64,000 nt of DNA. Origin: an uncultured Phycisphaerales bacterium (lineage in GTDB: Bacteria; Planctomycetota; Phycisphaerae; Tepidisphaerales; Tepidisphaeraceae). Numbering within the stretch: the stretch's first letter is position 1; each line of letters opens with the position of its first letter. A program made the translations under genes and the position numbers. Location of the stretch: positions 448,001 through 512,000 of the forward strand of contig CAWBWQ010000001.1 of assembly GCA_963792535.1 (NCBI GenBank), in the 5' to 3' direction. This document shows, piece after piece, positions 9,873 through 20,451 of this stretch. Below the pieces are notes generated by a model that searched no databases, was not told the DNA's origin, and worked only from the letters and a program-made list of their open reading frames with translations.

Positions 9873-10726
9873 ATGACAGTACTTTTCGACCAGGCAGAGA
9901 ATCTTCGAGTGATGGCCCGTTCCCGCAGGCGCGCCAGCGTGATCGCTATTACCAGCGGCAAGGGTGGTGTCGGCAAAAGCAACATCGCGGTCAACCTGGC
10001 GATTAAGTTCGCCAAGGCGGGAAAGGATGTTGTCCTGCTGGACGCCGATCTGGGTCTGGCCAACGCGGATGTGCTTTGCAATGTGGATCTCCCGGCGAAT
10101 CTCGCGCATGTGATCGCGCAAAAAAAGAACTGCGCGAAGTGCTCACGATGACCCCGGGCGGATTCCGCCTGATCGGTGGCGCATCGGGCCTGGCGCGGAT
10201 GGCGGATCTCAATGATGCCGATCGCCAGCGTCTTGTTTCGGCGTTGGCCGAACTCGAGCAGCAGACCGACGTCATCCTGATCGATACCGGCGCGGGCATC
10301 GGGCCGAATGTTCTAAGCTTCACCCGGGCAGCGGATGATGTGCTGGTTATTACCACGCCGGAACCCACCGCCATTACAGATGCATATGCGGTCATCAAAG
10401 TGGTCACGCGCGATTCCCCGAACCGCAGGCTCAGCCTTCTGGTGAACCAGGTGCGCAGCGCCAACGAAGGGCGCGTGGTGTATGATCGAATCTCGCGGGT
10501 TGCCAAGCAATTTTTAGGAGCGACAGTGCTCGATGCCGGCTATATGTTTGCCGACGATCAGGTGCCGACCGCGGTGCGCAGGCGCACTCCGTTTGTGATC
10601 AGCAACCCGCACTGTGCCGCGGGTCAATGCATCACGCAACTGGCGATGCGGTTCGAGCAGGGCGTTTATGCGTCAAATGAAACCAGTGGATTTTTCAACC
10701 GGATGAGCCAGTGGTTCAAGAGATAA
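9873..10726 (+). CDS. flhG: MinD/ParA-family ATPase FlhG (frameshift in A-run near 10120-10128)
   Basis: DQAENLR N-terminal motif, SGKGGVGKS, DADLGLAN; the second frame has DTGAG and TTPEPTAITDAYA. Confidence 0.93.
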
Positions 10727-10981
10727 ATGGCAATTCGATTAGCCGCCATCCTCGCATTGCTCGTGTTTGCCGTCTGCCTCGTGGTAGGCGGCATCGAGAC
10801 GGGAAACACCTTTACAACAACGGTGTCGCGGGCTCTTGCGGCAATGGCTGGCACGTTTGTCGTCGGTCTGATTATTGGATCGATGGGACAGAAAATGATC
10901 GATGAAAATCTGACCGCTTTAACCAGGGAACCTGTTGAATCGAAAGAATTAAAGGGTAAAAAACCCTCGAATGACCGATAA
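10727..10981 (+). CDS. Small two-TM membrane protein inside the flagellar operon
   Basis: 84 aa with two hydrophobic helices and a charged tail; the ATG directly follows the flhG stop. Confidence 0.75.
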   Translation: MAIRLAAILALLVFAVCLVVGGIETGNTFTTTVSRALAAMAGTFVVGLIIGSMGQKMIDENLTALTREPVESKELKGKKPSNDR

Positions 10982-11086
10982 CTTAAAGTGGTGAAACTCC
11001 GTTTCGACCGGCGTCGGAAGGCGGCAGGTTCAACCACCAGCAGTACGCACACGGATGAACCTTCACCCCACGGATTGGGAGTCATT

Positions 11087-11917
11087 ATGATCAAGTCAGC
11101 ACCGATGGCCGCGATGTATAAGAACACCGGCGTCACAAAGAATCTTGCGGACATTAAAGACGTCTGGATCGAATACAAAAAAAATAAAACCGAACCGCTG
11201 CGCAACATTCTCATGGAGAATTACCTCCACCTGGTTCGCTACAACGCCGAGCGAATTCATGTGAAGCTTCCCGACGAGGTGGAACTCGACGACCTGATGT
11301 CCGCCGGCATCTTCGGGCTGATGGATGCGATCAACGCCTTTGATATGGAGCGCGGCGTCAAGTTCGAAACCTATTGCGCCCCGCGTATTCGCGGCGCGAT
11401 CCTGGACGAACTTCGATCGATGGACTGGGTTCCCCGGCTCGTGCGATCGCGGTCGCATAAGATGGACGGCGCGAACAAGCAGCTGGAAGTGGAACTGGGC
11501 CGCGCCCCGACCAATGAAGAGTTGGCCGAGCGCCTCAAGGTGCCCATGGCCGAATTCGACAAGATGTCCAAGGACTCCAGCGCGGTGGGGCTAGTTTCAC
11601 TCAGCCGAAAATGGTTTGAAACCGACAGCAATAAGGATGTTCGCGAGATCGACATCCTCGAAGACAAGCGCGGCGCGGACCCAGTCCGCGAAATTCAACG
11701 AAAAGACCTGAAGGAACTGATCACCAAAGGCCTCAGCCGCGCCGAACGGCTCATCATCATCCTCTACTATTTCGAAGAGATGACGATGAAAGAAATCGGT
11801 TCAACGCTCGACCTCAGCGAATCGCACGTCAGCCAGATGCACAGCAGCATCCTGGCGCGATTAAAAGCGCAGATGGCCGATCGCAAAAAGGAATTTCAGC
11901 AGGCAACCGCGGTGTAA
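11087..11917 (+). CDS. fliA: RNA polymerase sigma factor FliA/WhiG (sigma28)
   Basis: DDLMSAGIFGL, KFETYCAPRIRGAILDELRSMDWVPR and a region 4 HTH LYYFEEMTMKEIG; GGGAG RBS before ATG 11087. Confidence 0.95.
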   Translation: MIKSAPMAAMYKNTGVTKNLADIKDVWIEYKKNKTEPLRNILMENYLHLVRYNAERIHVKLPDEVELDDLMSAGIFGLMDAINAFDMERGVKFETYCAPRIRGAILDELRSMDWVPRLVRSRSHKMDGANKQLEVELGRAPTNEELAERLKVPMAEFDKMSKDSSAVGLVSLSRKWFETDSNKDVREIDILEDKRGADPVREIQRKDLKELITKGLSRAERLIIILYYFEEMTMKEIGSTLDLSESHVSQMHSSILARLKAQMADRKKEFQQATAV

Positions 11918-11980
11918 ATGTTGGACTGTCTAATGCCGTTGTTGATCTTCGCCGCTGCAAGCACGGCGATGATCGACAGC

Positions 11981-14495
11981 TCACCTGCTGGTGAACAATT
12001 TCGGTTTTGCTCGGCCAAGGAAAGTCGATACCGAAAGAGTTCCGTTTGATTTGATCGTCACCGTGATCGCCCCGCACTGCGGTGTTCGGTAAAGCGGTGT
12101 CTGGCCGATCATCTGTTCAAATCGTTTTTGCTTGCTGGATAACCGCCAGAAGTTGGAACTGAGAATCACCCCGGGTTTTACCGCGGCAAGGAATGCGGGC
12201 GTCAAGTCTTCGCTGCTGCCATGGTGGGGTGCGACCAGCACGTCGGATCGCAGGGCCGCGGGATTCTTCAGCACGCCCGCGAAGGCGGGATCTTGAATGT
12301 CCGCGGGGAAAAGAACCCGTTTTCCGGCATAGGTCAGTCGCAGCACAAGTCCCGCGTTATTTGAATTGAGATCGCCGGAATTTGGCGGCCAGAGGACGTC
12401 GATCGCCGCGCCGTGGCCCAGATCCAAATGATCACCCGAGGCAATTTCCCGGGGCGGTCTGTTCAATTTTTCCAATTCATCGAGCAGCAGAAGATCCGGA
12501 ACATTGCCCGCTGCATTTTTTCGGAAGTGCGTGCTCGTGAATACATCCGCAACGTTGTAAGCCGTCGCAATTTCACCCGCGGCGCTGATGTGATCGAAAT
12601 CGCCGTGGCTGAGAAAGATTTTGTCGACGCGCGAATCGCCGGAATAAGCCAGGAACGGTTCGACAATTTTTCGAGCTATATCATGAATGGAGGTGGATCC
12701 CGCGTCGATGAGGATCGGATTTCTGCCAGGCACTTCCACAACAGCGCATTGTCCCGCGCCCACGCAGAGCAGGGTCACGCGCAGATCATCCGCCGCCTGA
12801 ATGCGGGCGGGCGTCTTGATCTGCAGAAGAAAAATACTGACAACGCCCGCAAGCGGCGCAAGCCGGAGAAACCATCTCTTTCGACCTGAGAGGAATTTCC
12901 AATCAGGCAGCAGAGGGGCGAGCAGCAGCAGATAGTAGATGACGATCAACCAGACCGGCGGCGTGGGAAGATTGACGGCGGTTCCCGGCAGCTTGGAAAA
13001 CTGATGCACGCTCCACAGCATGCAGTGAATGGGCAAGCCCGCGACCCGCGAAGCCCGCGGCAAACATCGGCCAGAGCAGGGTTAAAAGAATTTTGAGAAT
13101 CCCTCCGGGCAATGCCACCGCGACGAGGGGAAACAGCAGAAGGTTTCCCGGGATCGACCAGATCGAAGTATGCCCGACGTCGTAGGCCACCAGCGGAAGC
13201 GTTGCCAGCCAGGCGACGATGCAAAATTGCGTGAAGCGCAGAACCCGGGCGGGCAGGCGTTCAATGCTGGTCGGATCCGTATCGCGCGGTTTGGCCCGGT
13301 CATCCGGGCTGACTTGGCTGCGCGCCGACGCATCGAGCGCGGGGAGAAGAACGACAATCGCGATACAGACGGCAAAGCTGAACTGGAACCCCAACGAAGA
13401 TAGATCCATCGGATGCCACAGCAGCATCGCGATGACGGCGATCGCCAACAGCTGCCTGGTGTCGGTGAAACGACCGGCCATGGTTGCCACGGCGATGGTG
13501 AAGAACAGAATTGCTGAGCGAATCCCCGAGTGCGAGGGCAGCGACACGCTGGAATACAGCAGCACGAAGCAGGTGGTAATGAGCAGCGTCTTGCGCGGCG
13601 CGATCCGGAGGAATCGGCAGGCCCAGAAAACCATCCACGCCAGCAAGGCGATGTGCAGCCCGCTGACGCTGAGCTGATAAGCGATTCCGGTCTGTATGAA
13701 ATCCGCTTCGACGTCGCGCAGCTGGGTGTCCCTGTTTCCGAGAATCATTGCATCAAGAATCGCAGATTCAGCAGAGTTTTTGTCTGTGAACCCGGCGGCC
13801 AGCAGATGGTGCGCTTTATTCCGCAGCCAGGTTAACGGGGAGGGCCCGGGGTCGGCAATGATGTGGATATTGTCCGCGCGGTTGACGGTAAAATCGGCGA
13901 CGATTCGATGCTGCCGATAGTAGGCAGCTCCGTTGAACTCGCCGGGATTCATCGCCGCGGGCGGACGCTCCAGCATGCCGCGCGCATCGATGATTTGCCC
14001 CGCGCGAAGTTCGGCGGCGGGTTGATCGATCTGCAGGGGAAGTCTGCCCGTGACGCGGATCCACCCTTTCCAGGTTCTGAGCTTTAACACCTCGACCGTG
14101 GTGATCTGGCGCGGCGGAAGCGGACGCTCGGCGGCGGGGCCGCAGATGTATTGCGGATCATCAATCAACCGCACTTGCAATTCCGCAAGGCGCGGCTCAT
14201 CGCCGGCAAACAGCGCGATATCGTTGGCGGCAAACTGGAAATGTTCGCGCTGCCCGGCGGCGATGCCGAGCAGCAACGTTACGATGGCGATGCACCCGCC
14301 GCAAAGACGCGGATGACGCAGTAATACGACCGCTATCGACAGCAGCACCCCGATGGCGATTAAAATCAAAACAGGCTGATGCGGCACCCAATCATGGAAA
14401 AAAATTCCTCCCGCCAGCAGGATTGCAACGGGGACCGCCGGGCGGCGCGCGATAAGGCCGATGGCGCTTGTGGGGTTCTCCGGCTGGGCGTGCAT
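11981..14495 (-). CDS. comEC: ComEC/Rec2 competence protein (frameshift near 13050)
   Basis: DUF4131-like region (NPGEFN), competence domain (SVSGLHI, GFQFSF) and C-terminal metallo-beta-lactamase-like domain (SHGDFDH, PHHGS), split over two ORFs. Confidence 0.92.
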
Positions 14496-14553
14496 AAGCG
14501 CGCGGGGTTTTCAGGTTGGCGCTGAACGCGGACGGGGCCGGATCGCCGCGGTT

Positions 14554-15837
14554 TCAGCGTTTGTCCATGGGAACGTAGTCGCGCTTGGTTTCGCCGGTAT
14601 AAATCTGCCGGGGACGGGCGATCCTGAGGCCCTGCTTGTTTTGTTCATTCCAATGGGCGATCCAGCCGGGCAGGCGACCGATGGCGAACATCACCGTAAA
14701 CATGTTCACAGGGATGCCGATCGCCTTCATCAGAATGCCGCTGTAAAAATCGACGTTTGGATAAAGCTTGCGCTCGACGAAGTACGGATCCTTCAGCGCC
14801 AGTTCTTCGAGCTTCTGGGCGATGTTGAGCAGCGGATCGTTCACATTGACCTTGGAGAGAATTTTGTCCGCCGACGCCTTGAGAATTTTGGCGCGGGGAT
14901 CAAAGTTTTTATAAACCCGATGTCCGAAACCCATGAGACGGAATGTGCTGTTCTTGTCCTTGGCCATCTCGATGCATTTTTCCGGGCTGATGCCTCCCTT
15001 GTGAATGTCATCGAGCATGTCCAGAACCGCGACGTTTGCCCCGCCGTGCAGCGGGCCCCACAACGCGCACACGCCCGCGGCGACCGACGCGAACAGGTTT
15101 GCGCCGCTGCTGCCCACCACGCGCACCGTACTGGTGGAACAGTTTTGCTCGTGGTCAGCGTGCAGTATGAGAATCATGTTCAACGCTGCTTCGATATCCG
15201 GATCGACCAGGTAGGGTTCGTAAGGCATCGAAAACATCATGTGGAGGAAGTTTCCGACGTATCTGAGTTTTGGGTCAGGATAGATGAATGGTTTGCCTGT
15301 AGCGCGGCGGTACGAATAGGCCGCCACCGTCCGGACCTTGCTGATTAACCGGGCGGCAGCAGTCTCGAAGGTGGCGTCGGTGGTGATGTCGAGCACCTGC
15401 GGGTTATAGCAGGCGAGGGTGTTAATCATCGATGAGAGAATGGCCATCGGGGGGGCGGTGGAAGGAAACCCCTCGAAGTGATGCCGCATCCCTTCATTAA
15501 TGTGTGCGTTTTCACTGAGTTCCTGGCTGAAACGATCGAGTTCGGGCTTTTTGGGAAGGCGACCGAAAATCAGCAGCCAAGCTACCTCGATGAACCGGGA
15601 ATGCTCGGCCAGTTGTTCGATGGGGATTCCGCGATAGCGGAGAATACCGGCGTCGCCGTCGATGTAAGTGATGGCGCTCTCGCATGAACCGGTGTTTCCA
15701 TAGCCCGGATCCAGGGTGATTGCGCCGGTTTCCTGACGCAACTTGCTGATATCAATGCCAAGCTCATGCTCGGAGCCCTCGACCATGGGCATTTCGAGTT
15801 TTTTCTCACCGACTGTGATCGTTGCCGTGCGGGCCAT
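14554..15837 (-). CDS. gltA: Citrate synthase
   Basis: ILHADHEQNCST, WGPLHGGAN, GFGHRVY and YPNVDFYSG motifs. Confidence 0.98.
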   Translation of the reverse strand: MARTATITVGEKKLEMPMVEGSEHELGIDISKLRQETGAITLDPGYGNTGSCESAITYIDGDAGILRYRGIPIEQLAEHSRFIEVAWLLIFGRLPKKPELDRFSQELSENAHINEGMRHHFEGFPSTAPPMAILSSMINTLACYNPQVLDITTDATFETAAARLISKVRTVAAYSYRRATGKPFIYPDPKLRYVGNFLHMMFSMPYEPYLVDPDIEAALNMILILHADHEQNCSTSTVRVVGSSGANLFASVAAGVCALWGPLHGGANVAVLDMLDDIHKGGISPEKCIEMAKDKNSTFRLMGFGHRVYKNFDPRAKILKASADKILSKVNVNDPLLNIAQKLEELALKDPYFVERKLYPNVDFYSGILMKAIGIPVNMFTVMFAIGRLPGWIAHWNEQNKQGLRIARPRQIYTGETKRDYVPMDKR

Positions 15838-15966
15838 GCTTTGCCTCAAAGAGATTGAAATTCCCAGAGCGGAATATACAGAAAAAGCGTCCGGAGTCGA
15901 AAGGGCGGGTCCATCGAACATTTTGCCCGCGCGACCCAGGCGGCGAACAGAAGAAAAAAGAGTCAT

Positions 15967-16284
15967 TTAACCGGCTGAATCTTCTTCCGCGCCGATCACC
16001 CTGGGCACCTTGAAAAATGCTCCATCCGTCTGCGGCGCATTCTGCAGGACTTTTTCCAGTGGCAGGCTTGGCTCGACCACGTCTTCGCGCAGCACATTGT
16101 GCAGCGGAATGGCGTGGACAATGGGTTCGACGCCTGTCATATCCACATTGCCGATCTGGGCGACGTATTCCAGGATCGATTCCAACTGGCTGGTCAATCG
16201 GCCAAGGCGGTCGGCCGGGATTTCCAGGCGAGCAAGCTTTGCGACATCTTTCACCTGCTCGAGTGTAATTTTCTGATCGGGCAT
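15967..16284 (-). CDS. gatC: Asp/Glu-tRNA amidotransferase subunit C
   Basis: VAKLARLEI...NVLRED...NAP...FFKVPRVI. Confidence 0.95.
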   Translation of the reverse strand: MPDQKITLEQVKDVAKLARLEIPADRLGRLTSQLESILEYVAQIGNVDMTGVEPIVHAIPLHNVLREDVVEPSLPLEKVLQNAPQTDGAFFKVPRVIGAEEDSAG

Positions 16285-16433
16285 AAAAGCGAGAATAGAC
16301 GTTTTTGAGATAAAAGGGAAATTGCCTGTGTGAGGCTGGTGGGGCGTTAAAACAGGCGTTTGCCGTGGTTCTGCAACGAAGATGCACGGCATTACGGGCA
16401 GACGCGCTCAATGGGTTCCGTCACGGAAATGAA

Positions 16434-16465
16434 AACCGCCGCCTTGCATGCGCAAGGCGGCGGTT
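16434..16465. terminator. Intrinsic terminator downstream of rpmB (possibly bidirectional)
   Basis: 14-bp stem AACCGCCGCCTTGC-ATGC-GCAAGGCGGCGGTT flanked by A and T runs. Confidence 0.75.
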
Positions 16466-16501
16466 GTGTTTTTTAAATCGCGTTATGGCGCGGGAGGCGA
16501 G

Positions 16502-16771
16502 CTAGGCTGCCGCGGCTTCAGTGGGCTTGGTCCACTTGCGCCGCACGGGCTTTACGATCACGCCGGACTTAATAGCCTTGGCGCTCACCTTGATGCGAAC
16601 GATGCGTCCGTCGATCACAGCGCGTACCTTTTGAATGTTCGGCTTGAAGGTGCGGGCAGTGATACCGGTGACCTTGGTTCCGACACCACCCAGATACTTC
16701 GCTTTGCCACGATGGGTAATTTGATTCCCAAACGTGGTCTTCTTGCCGGTGAAATAACAAACGCGTGGCAT
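16502..16771 (-). CDS. rpmB: 50S ribosomal protein L28
   Basis: MPRVCYFTGKKTTFGNQITHRGKAKYLGGVG...RTFKPNIQ. Confidence 0.97.
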   Translation of the reverse strand: MPRVCYFTGKKTTFGNQITHRGKAKYLGGVGTKVTGITARTFKPNIQKVRAVIDGRIVRIKVSAKAIKSGVIVKPVRRKWTKPTEAAAA

Positions 16772-16931
16772 ACAAACCTCAGTGTTACGGTTCCAAAATT
16801 CGAGCCGGGCAATATAGGTGAAGGCGTTTTTAACTGCAAGAGCAAGCGGGCAGAATTTTACAGGGTCAATGAGAGCGGAGGGTGTGCGTAATCCTGCGTT
16901 ATATCGCCTGTTGCAATAGTGGATGCTAACA

Positions 16932-16997
16932 AATGTAACATTCTGTCGCGCAGCAATCTGCAGGACGTTACATTCCGTTAAATTCCGTTAAGTTCCG
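16932..16997. repeat. Three tandem 10-bp direct repeats plus an inverted copy upstream of rpmB
   Basis: CGTTACATTC CGTTAAATTC CGTTAAGTTC at 16966-16995; near-palindrome AATGTAACATT at 16932-16942. Confidence 0.6.
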
Positions 16998-17034
16998 AAG
17001 GGATCGGGCGTTCTCTGGAGATGTATGGCTTGGT

Positions 17035-18306
17035 TCATTTCACAGCCTGGCGTGCGATATCTTGCCGATAGTGCATGCCATCAAAATGTATGAGTTTCAT
17101 CGCCTGATACGCCAGTTTTTGTGCATCGGCAATGGTGTCGGCGATGGCTGTAACGCCCAGGACGCGACCGCCGTCTGTCAGGACTGCCTGGTCGTCACCG
17201 AACTTGGTGCCCGCGAGGAAAACTTTTACGCCGGGGATGGCATCGGCTTTTTCAATGCCGGTGATCGGCAGGTCTGTGGGATATTTGCCGGGGTAACCTT
17301 TGCTGGTGGCGACAACGCAGATGGCGGGGCGGGGATCCCAGTTTAATTCGACTTCATCGAGTCGACCGTCGGCGACGGCGAGCATTACTTCCAGCAGATC
17401 GCTTTTCAGACGCATCATCAGCGGTTGGGTTTCAGGGTCACCGAACCGGCAGTTGAACTCAAGCACCTTCGGGCCGTTGGTGGTCAGCATGAGGCCGGCA
17501 TAGAGAATACCTTTGTATTCGATGCCGTCGCGAAGCAGGCCGTCGACAATTGGCACGAGCACATCTTTTTCAATTTGACGCAGCATTGCCTCTGTGACGA
17601 CGGGGGTAGGGGAGTAAGCGCCCATGCCGCCGGTCATGGGACCAGTGTCGCCGTCATCGACAGGTTTGTGATCCTGGCTGGCCTCGAGCAGGTAAATATT
17701 TCGGCGATCGACCAGCGCGAGGATCGAGCACTCGGGACCTTGCATCAATTCTTCAATGACCACCCGGTTTCCCGCGGTGCCGAATGTTTTTTTCCGCATG
17801 ATCAGGTCGATGGTTTCCAGCGCGTGCGGAACGCGATAGCAGACGGTGACACCTTTCCCCTTGGCCAAACCTGAGGCTTTAACGACGCAGGGGACATTGC
17901 GTATTTTAATATATTCCGAGGCAGCATCGGGATCGGTGAAACTGCGGGCCTCGGCGGTGGGGATCGCCTGCTGCCGCATGATCTCCTTAGCGAACCACTT
18001 GTCTGCTTCAATCTGGGCCGCAGCCTGATTCGGACCGAAAACTTTCACGCCCAGAGATAAAATGCGATCGGCCAGCCCCAGGGCAAGTGGTTCTTCAGGA
18101 CCAATGACGACCAGTCCGATACCATTAGAAATGACGAACTTTTCGATTCCCTTTAAATCGTTCACATCACCGGGAACATTTTGAGCAACCTGCGCGGTGC
18201 CCGGATTGCCAGGCCAGGCGAACAGTTTTTCTACGCCGCTCGACTGCGCGAGCTTCCAGGCGATTGCGTGCTCGCGGCCACCGTTTCCGATCAACAGAAC
18301 TTTCAT
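17035..18306 (-). CDS. purD: Phosphoribosylamine-glycine ligase
   Basis: IGNGGREHA, GPEEPL, KASGLAKGKGV, GPMTGGMGAY and EFNCRFGDPE motifs. Confidence 0.98.
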   Translation of the reverse strand: MKVLLIGNGGREHAIAWKLAQSSGVEKLFAWPGNPGTAQVAQNVPGDVNDLKGIEKFVISNGIGLVVIGPEEPLALGLADRILSLGVKVFGPNQAAAQIEADKWFAKEIMRQQAIPTAEARSFTDPDAASEYIKIRNVPCVVKASGLAKGKGVTVCYRVPHALETIDLIMRKKTFGTAGNRVVIEELMQGPECSILALVDRRNIYLLEASQDHKPVDDGDTGPMTGGMGAYSPTPVVTEAMLRQIEKDVLVPIVDGLLRDGIEYKGILYAGLMLTTNGPKVLEFNCRFGDPETQPLMMRLKSDLLEVMLAVADGRLDEVELNWDPRPAICVVATSKGYPGKYPTDLPITGIEKADAIPGVKVFLAGTKFGDDQAVLTDGGRVLGVTAIADTIADAQKLAYQAMKLIHFDGMHYRQDIARQAVK

Positions 18307-18369
18307 GCATCACCTTTGAGTTCAATGGACATCCATTGAACTTAGCAGGTGCTGCGCTTGCGGGCAAGC

Positions 18370-19023
18370 CTACCGGTCCTGCACGACCTGATCGCGAGTT
18401 GTTTCGAGTACGGAAAGCAACTCTTTCTGTTCCTGATTAGCGATTTGTAACTTATCAAGCGTCGCTTTCATGTCGCCCATGGCGGCATCGAAATTCGCGT
18501 TGGAATAATGCATGTTCCAAACCGCGCCTTTCAGTTCTTCGCCGGTGTATTTGCTGGGACCTCCCGTCGAAAGACCTATGAACTCGGCCATATGCAGCTT
18601 CAGGGCAGCCACGTTATCCGCGCTGGCTTCCCACTCCATGGATTGGTTGTGATGAATGCTGAAACCCCCGCGCTTGATGTCTTTGCGGTCCAGATTCACA
18701 CGGGGATCCGCAAGGGCGCGGGTCACAAAATCATTCACAATCAGGTTGATACCGACCGAGCCACCAAGTCGGTCATACAACGCTTTTTTGCTATCGGCGA
18801 GCACTGCCTGGCTTTTGGTGACTCGACCGTCGGAGTTTGCACTGTCACCGGTCAGTTCCTCTTTCTGGGCCATGCGCTGATCGGCGCGCTGGTCGGCTTC
18901 GCGATTGCCGGAGGTGAAGAACTCCTTGTCTTTCTTCTGCTGGGCATCGCCTCCGCACCCTGATGAGGTGAAAATCGAACCGGTGCAAACAATCACGCTT
19001 AGCAGTCTCATTGTATTATTCAT
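18370..19023 (-). CDS. Lipoprotein with group I truncated-hemoglobin-like domain
   Basis: Lipobox SSGC; LYDRLGG...DF..R.LADPRV...GGPSKYTG, typical of TrHb1; the usual proximal AH reads AV. Confidence 0.8.
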   Translation of the reverse strand: MNNTMRLLSVIVCTGSIFTSSGCGGDAQQKKDKEFFTSGNREADQRADQRMAQKEELTGDSANSDGRVTKSQAVLADSKKALYDRLGGSVGINLIVNDFVTRALADPRVNLDRKDIKRGGFSIHHNQSMEWEASADNVAALKLHMAEFIGLSTGGPSKYTGEELKGAVWNMHYSNANFDAAMGDMKATLDKLQIANQEQKELLSVLETTRDQVVQDR

Positions 19024-19044
19024 ATTTATCCTCAGTCAGGTTTA

Positions 19045-20226
19045 CTAATCTCCGGCAGAAATAGGATCGGAAAGGCTTGCGGGTCCGAATTGCAGGTCAT
19101 CGCTTGGTTGCATCTGCCGCTCCAGGCGCGGGAGATAAGCACGTATAAATGCATTTCGCAGCAGATTGCCGACGGTATTTAAAATGCCAACTTGCGGGCC
19201 TTTAAGCTCACCGCTCAGGGGAATGACCGTGGCGAGCTGATCGCGGTTGTAGTTGGTGACAATCCCGGTGACCCCGCCGACAATCGCCTGCCAGAAAACC
19301 TGCAGCGGATTGTCTTCCTGGACATCGCGGACCAGGTCGAAAATCACCATATTTCGGAACAGCGGTTTCACGTATCCGCTGAGCTGTCCTTCGTCACTTT
19401 GCACGTCCATAACCAGATCAAAAAGCCCACGTTTTACGTTAAAACCGCCATAAACTTCGATCAAGTCGTTGGTTGTTGTGATATCCAACCCCAGCAGCCG
19501 CAGGTCCAGGTGAAAGGTTGGGTTATAAGAAAAGGGATTGAGCTTCATGTGAAGCTCGAGCTTTGCCTGATCCATCGCAAGGGCGGTGAGATGCACGCTG
19601 GTAAGCATTGGCGTAATCGAATGGTTTACGTTGGTCAGATCGTCAACCTGAACTTCCACATTGCTGAGGTAAACGTCGACCGGTTTCGATTTTTGATACG
19701 TGCGGAAGTGAACCGAACCGTTTTCCAGCCGGGCGCTGTTGATATCAAAAGGGAAAAGTCCACTGATAATTTTCAGCCACGGGCCGTTCGCGCCAGTCTC
19801 GCTGGCACTGGGGGCGGGATCATCCACAAAGTTGATCTGCGGTTCGATCATCACGACCTGCCCGACGATCTTGCGGCTGAAGATGGCTTTCCATTCCACT
19901 GTCAGGTCTACGCTTTTTGCCGAAAACAAAGGAACGGGTACATCACCAGTCGTTTTAAGGATTCGCACATCGCGAATGCTGTAGGCGCCGCGCCAGAGGT
20001 GTAGATCGATATCGCCGATCTTTCCCTGGTAGAGCGCAGACTGATTCAGCGTCTTGTTGACATACCAAAGTATGACCCGGGGCATGAACGGTCGAGCGAT
20101 CGCGACCGAGAGCACAATCACAATAAGCGTCCAGCAAATGATGCGTACGGTCCATCCCAACACACCATGCTTTCGCCGACGTTTGGGTGGGGACGCACTG
20201 TCTTTGACATCAGCCGCATCAGACAT
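19045..20226 (-). CDS. DUF748/AsmA-like protein
   Basis: N-terminal TM anchor, YQGKIGDIDLHLWRGAYSI, GYVKPLF and LLRNAFIRAY, recognised as a DUF748-type pattern. Confidence 0.7.
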   Translation of the reverse strand: MSDAADVKDSASPPKRRRKHGVLGWTVRIICWTLIVIVLSVAIARPFMPRVILWYVNKTLNQSALYQGKIGDIDLHLWRGAYSIRDVRILKTTGDVPVPLFSAKSVDLTVEWKAIFSRKIVGQVVMIEPQINFVDDPAPSASETGANGPWLKIISGLFPFDINSARLENGSVHFRTYQKSKPVDVYLSNVEVQVDDLTNVNHSITPMLTSVHLTALAMDQAKLELHMKLNPFSYNPTFHLDLRLLGLDITTTNDLIEVYGGFNVKRGLFDLVMDVQSDEGQLSGYVKPLFRNMVIFDLVRDVQEDNPLQVFWQAIVGGVTGIVTNYNRDQLATVIPLSGELKGPQVGILNTVGNLLRNAFIRAYLPRLERQMQPSDDLQFGPASLSDPISAGD

Positions 20227-20451
20227 GAACTACGTCTATGCAAAACAGAGGCCCGACCTGAGCTCGCCGAAGAAGTGCAAGCGGGAACAGGGAGTTATGC
20301 AGGATTAAAGCGGAATAGCAGCAACAAATAGTAGGTGTGCGGACAATTCGTCGCAGCGCGTCCCCATTGCGCCGCGGTTTCTCTCTGCCCATGATGCCGC
20401 TACTATTCGCCTTAGTTGATTCGTTTTCCGTTCGCCACATTTATAAGAACG

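Noticed and set aside
10110..10135. Programmed ribosomal frameshift or phase variation at the A-run in flhG
   Set aside because: Similar indels occur in many unrelated housekeeping genes, so sequencing error is the simpler explanation.
10950..10981. sigma28-like promoter upstream of fliA (TAAA...ACCGATAA)
   Set aside because: The spacer is 13 or 20 nt rather than about 15; it fits only if the A-run is miscalled.
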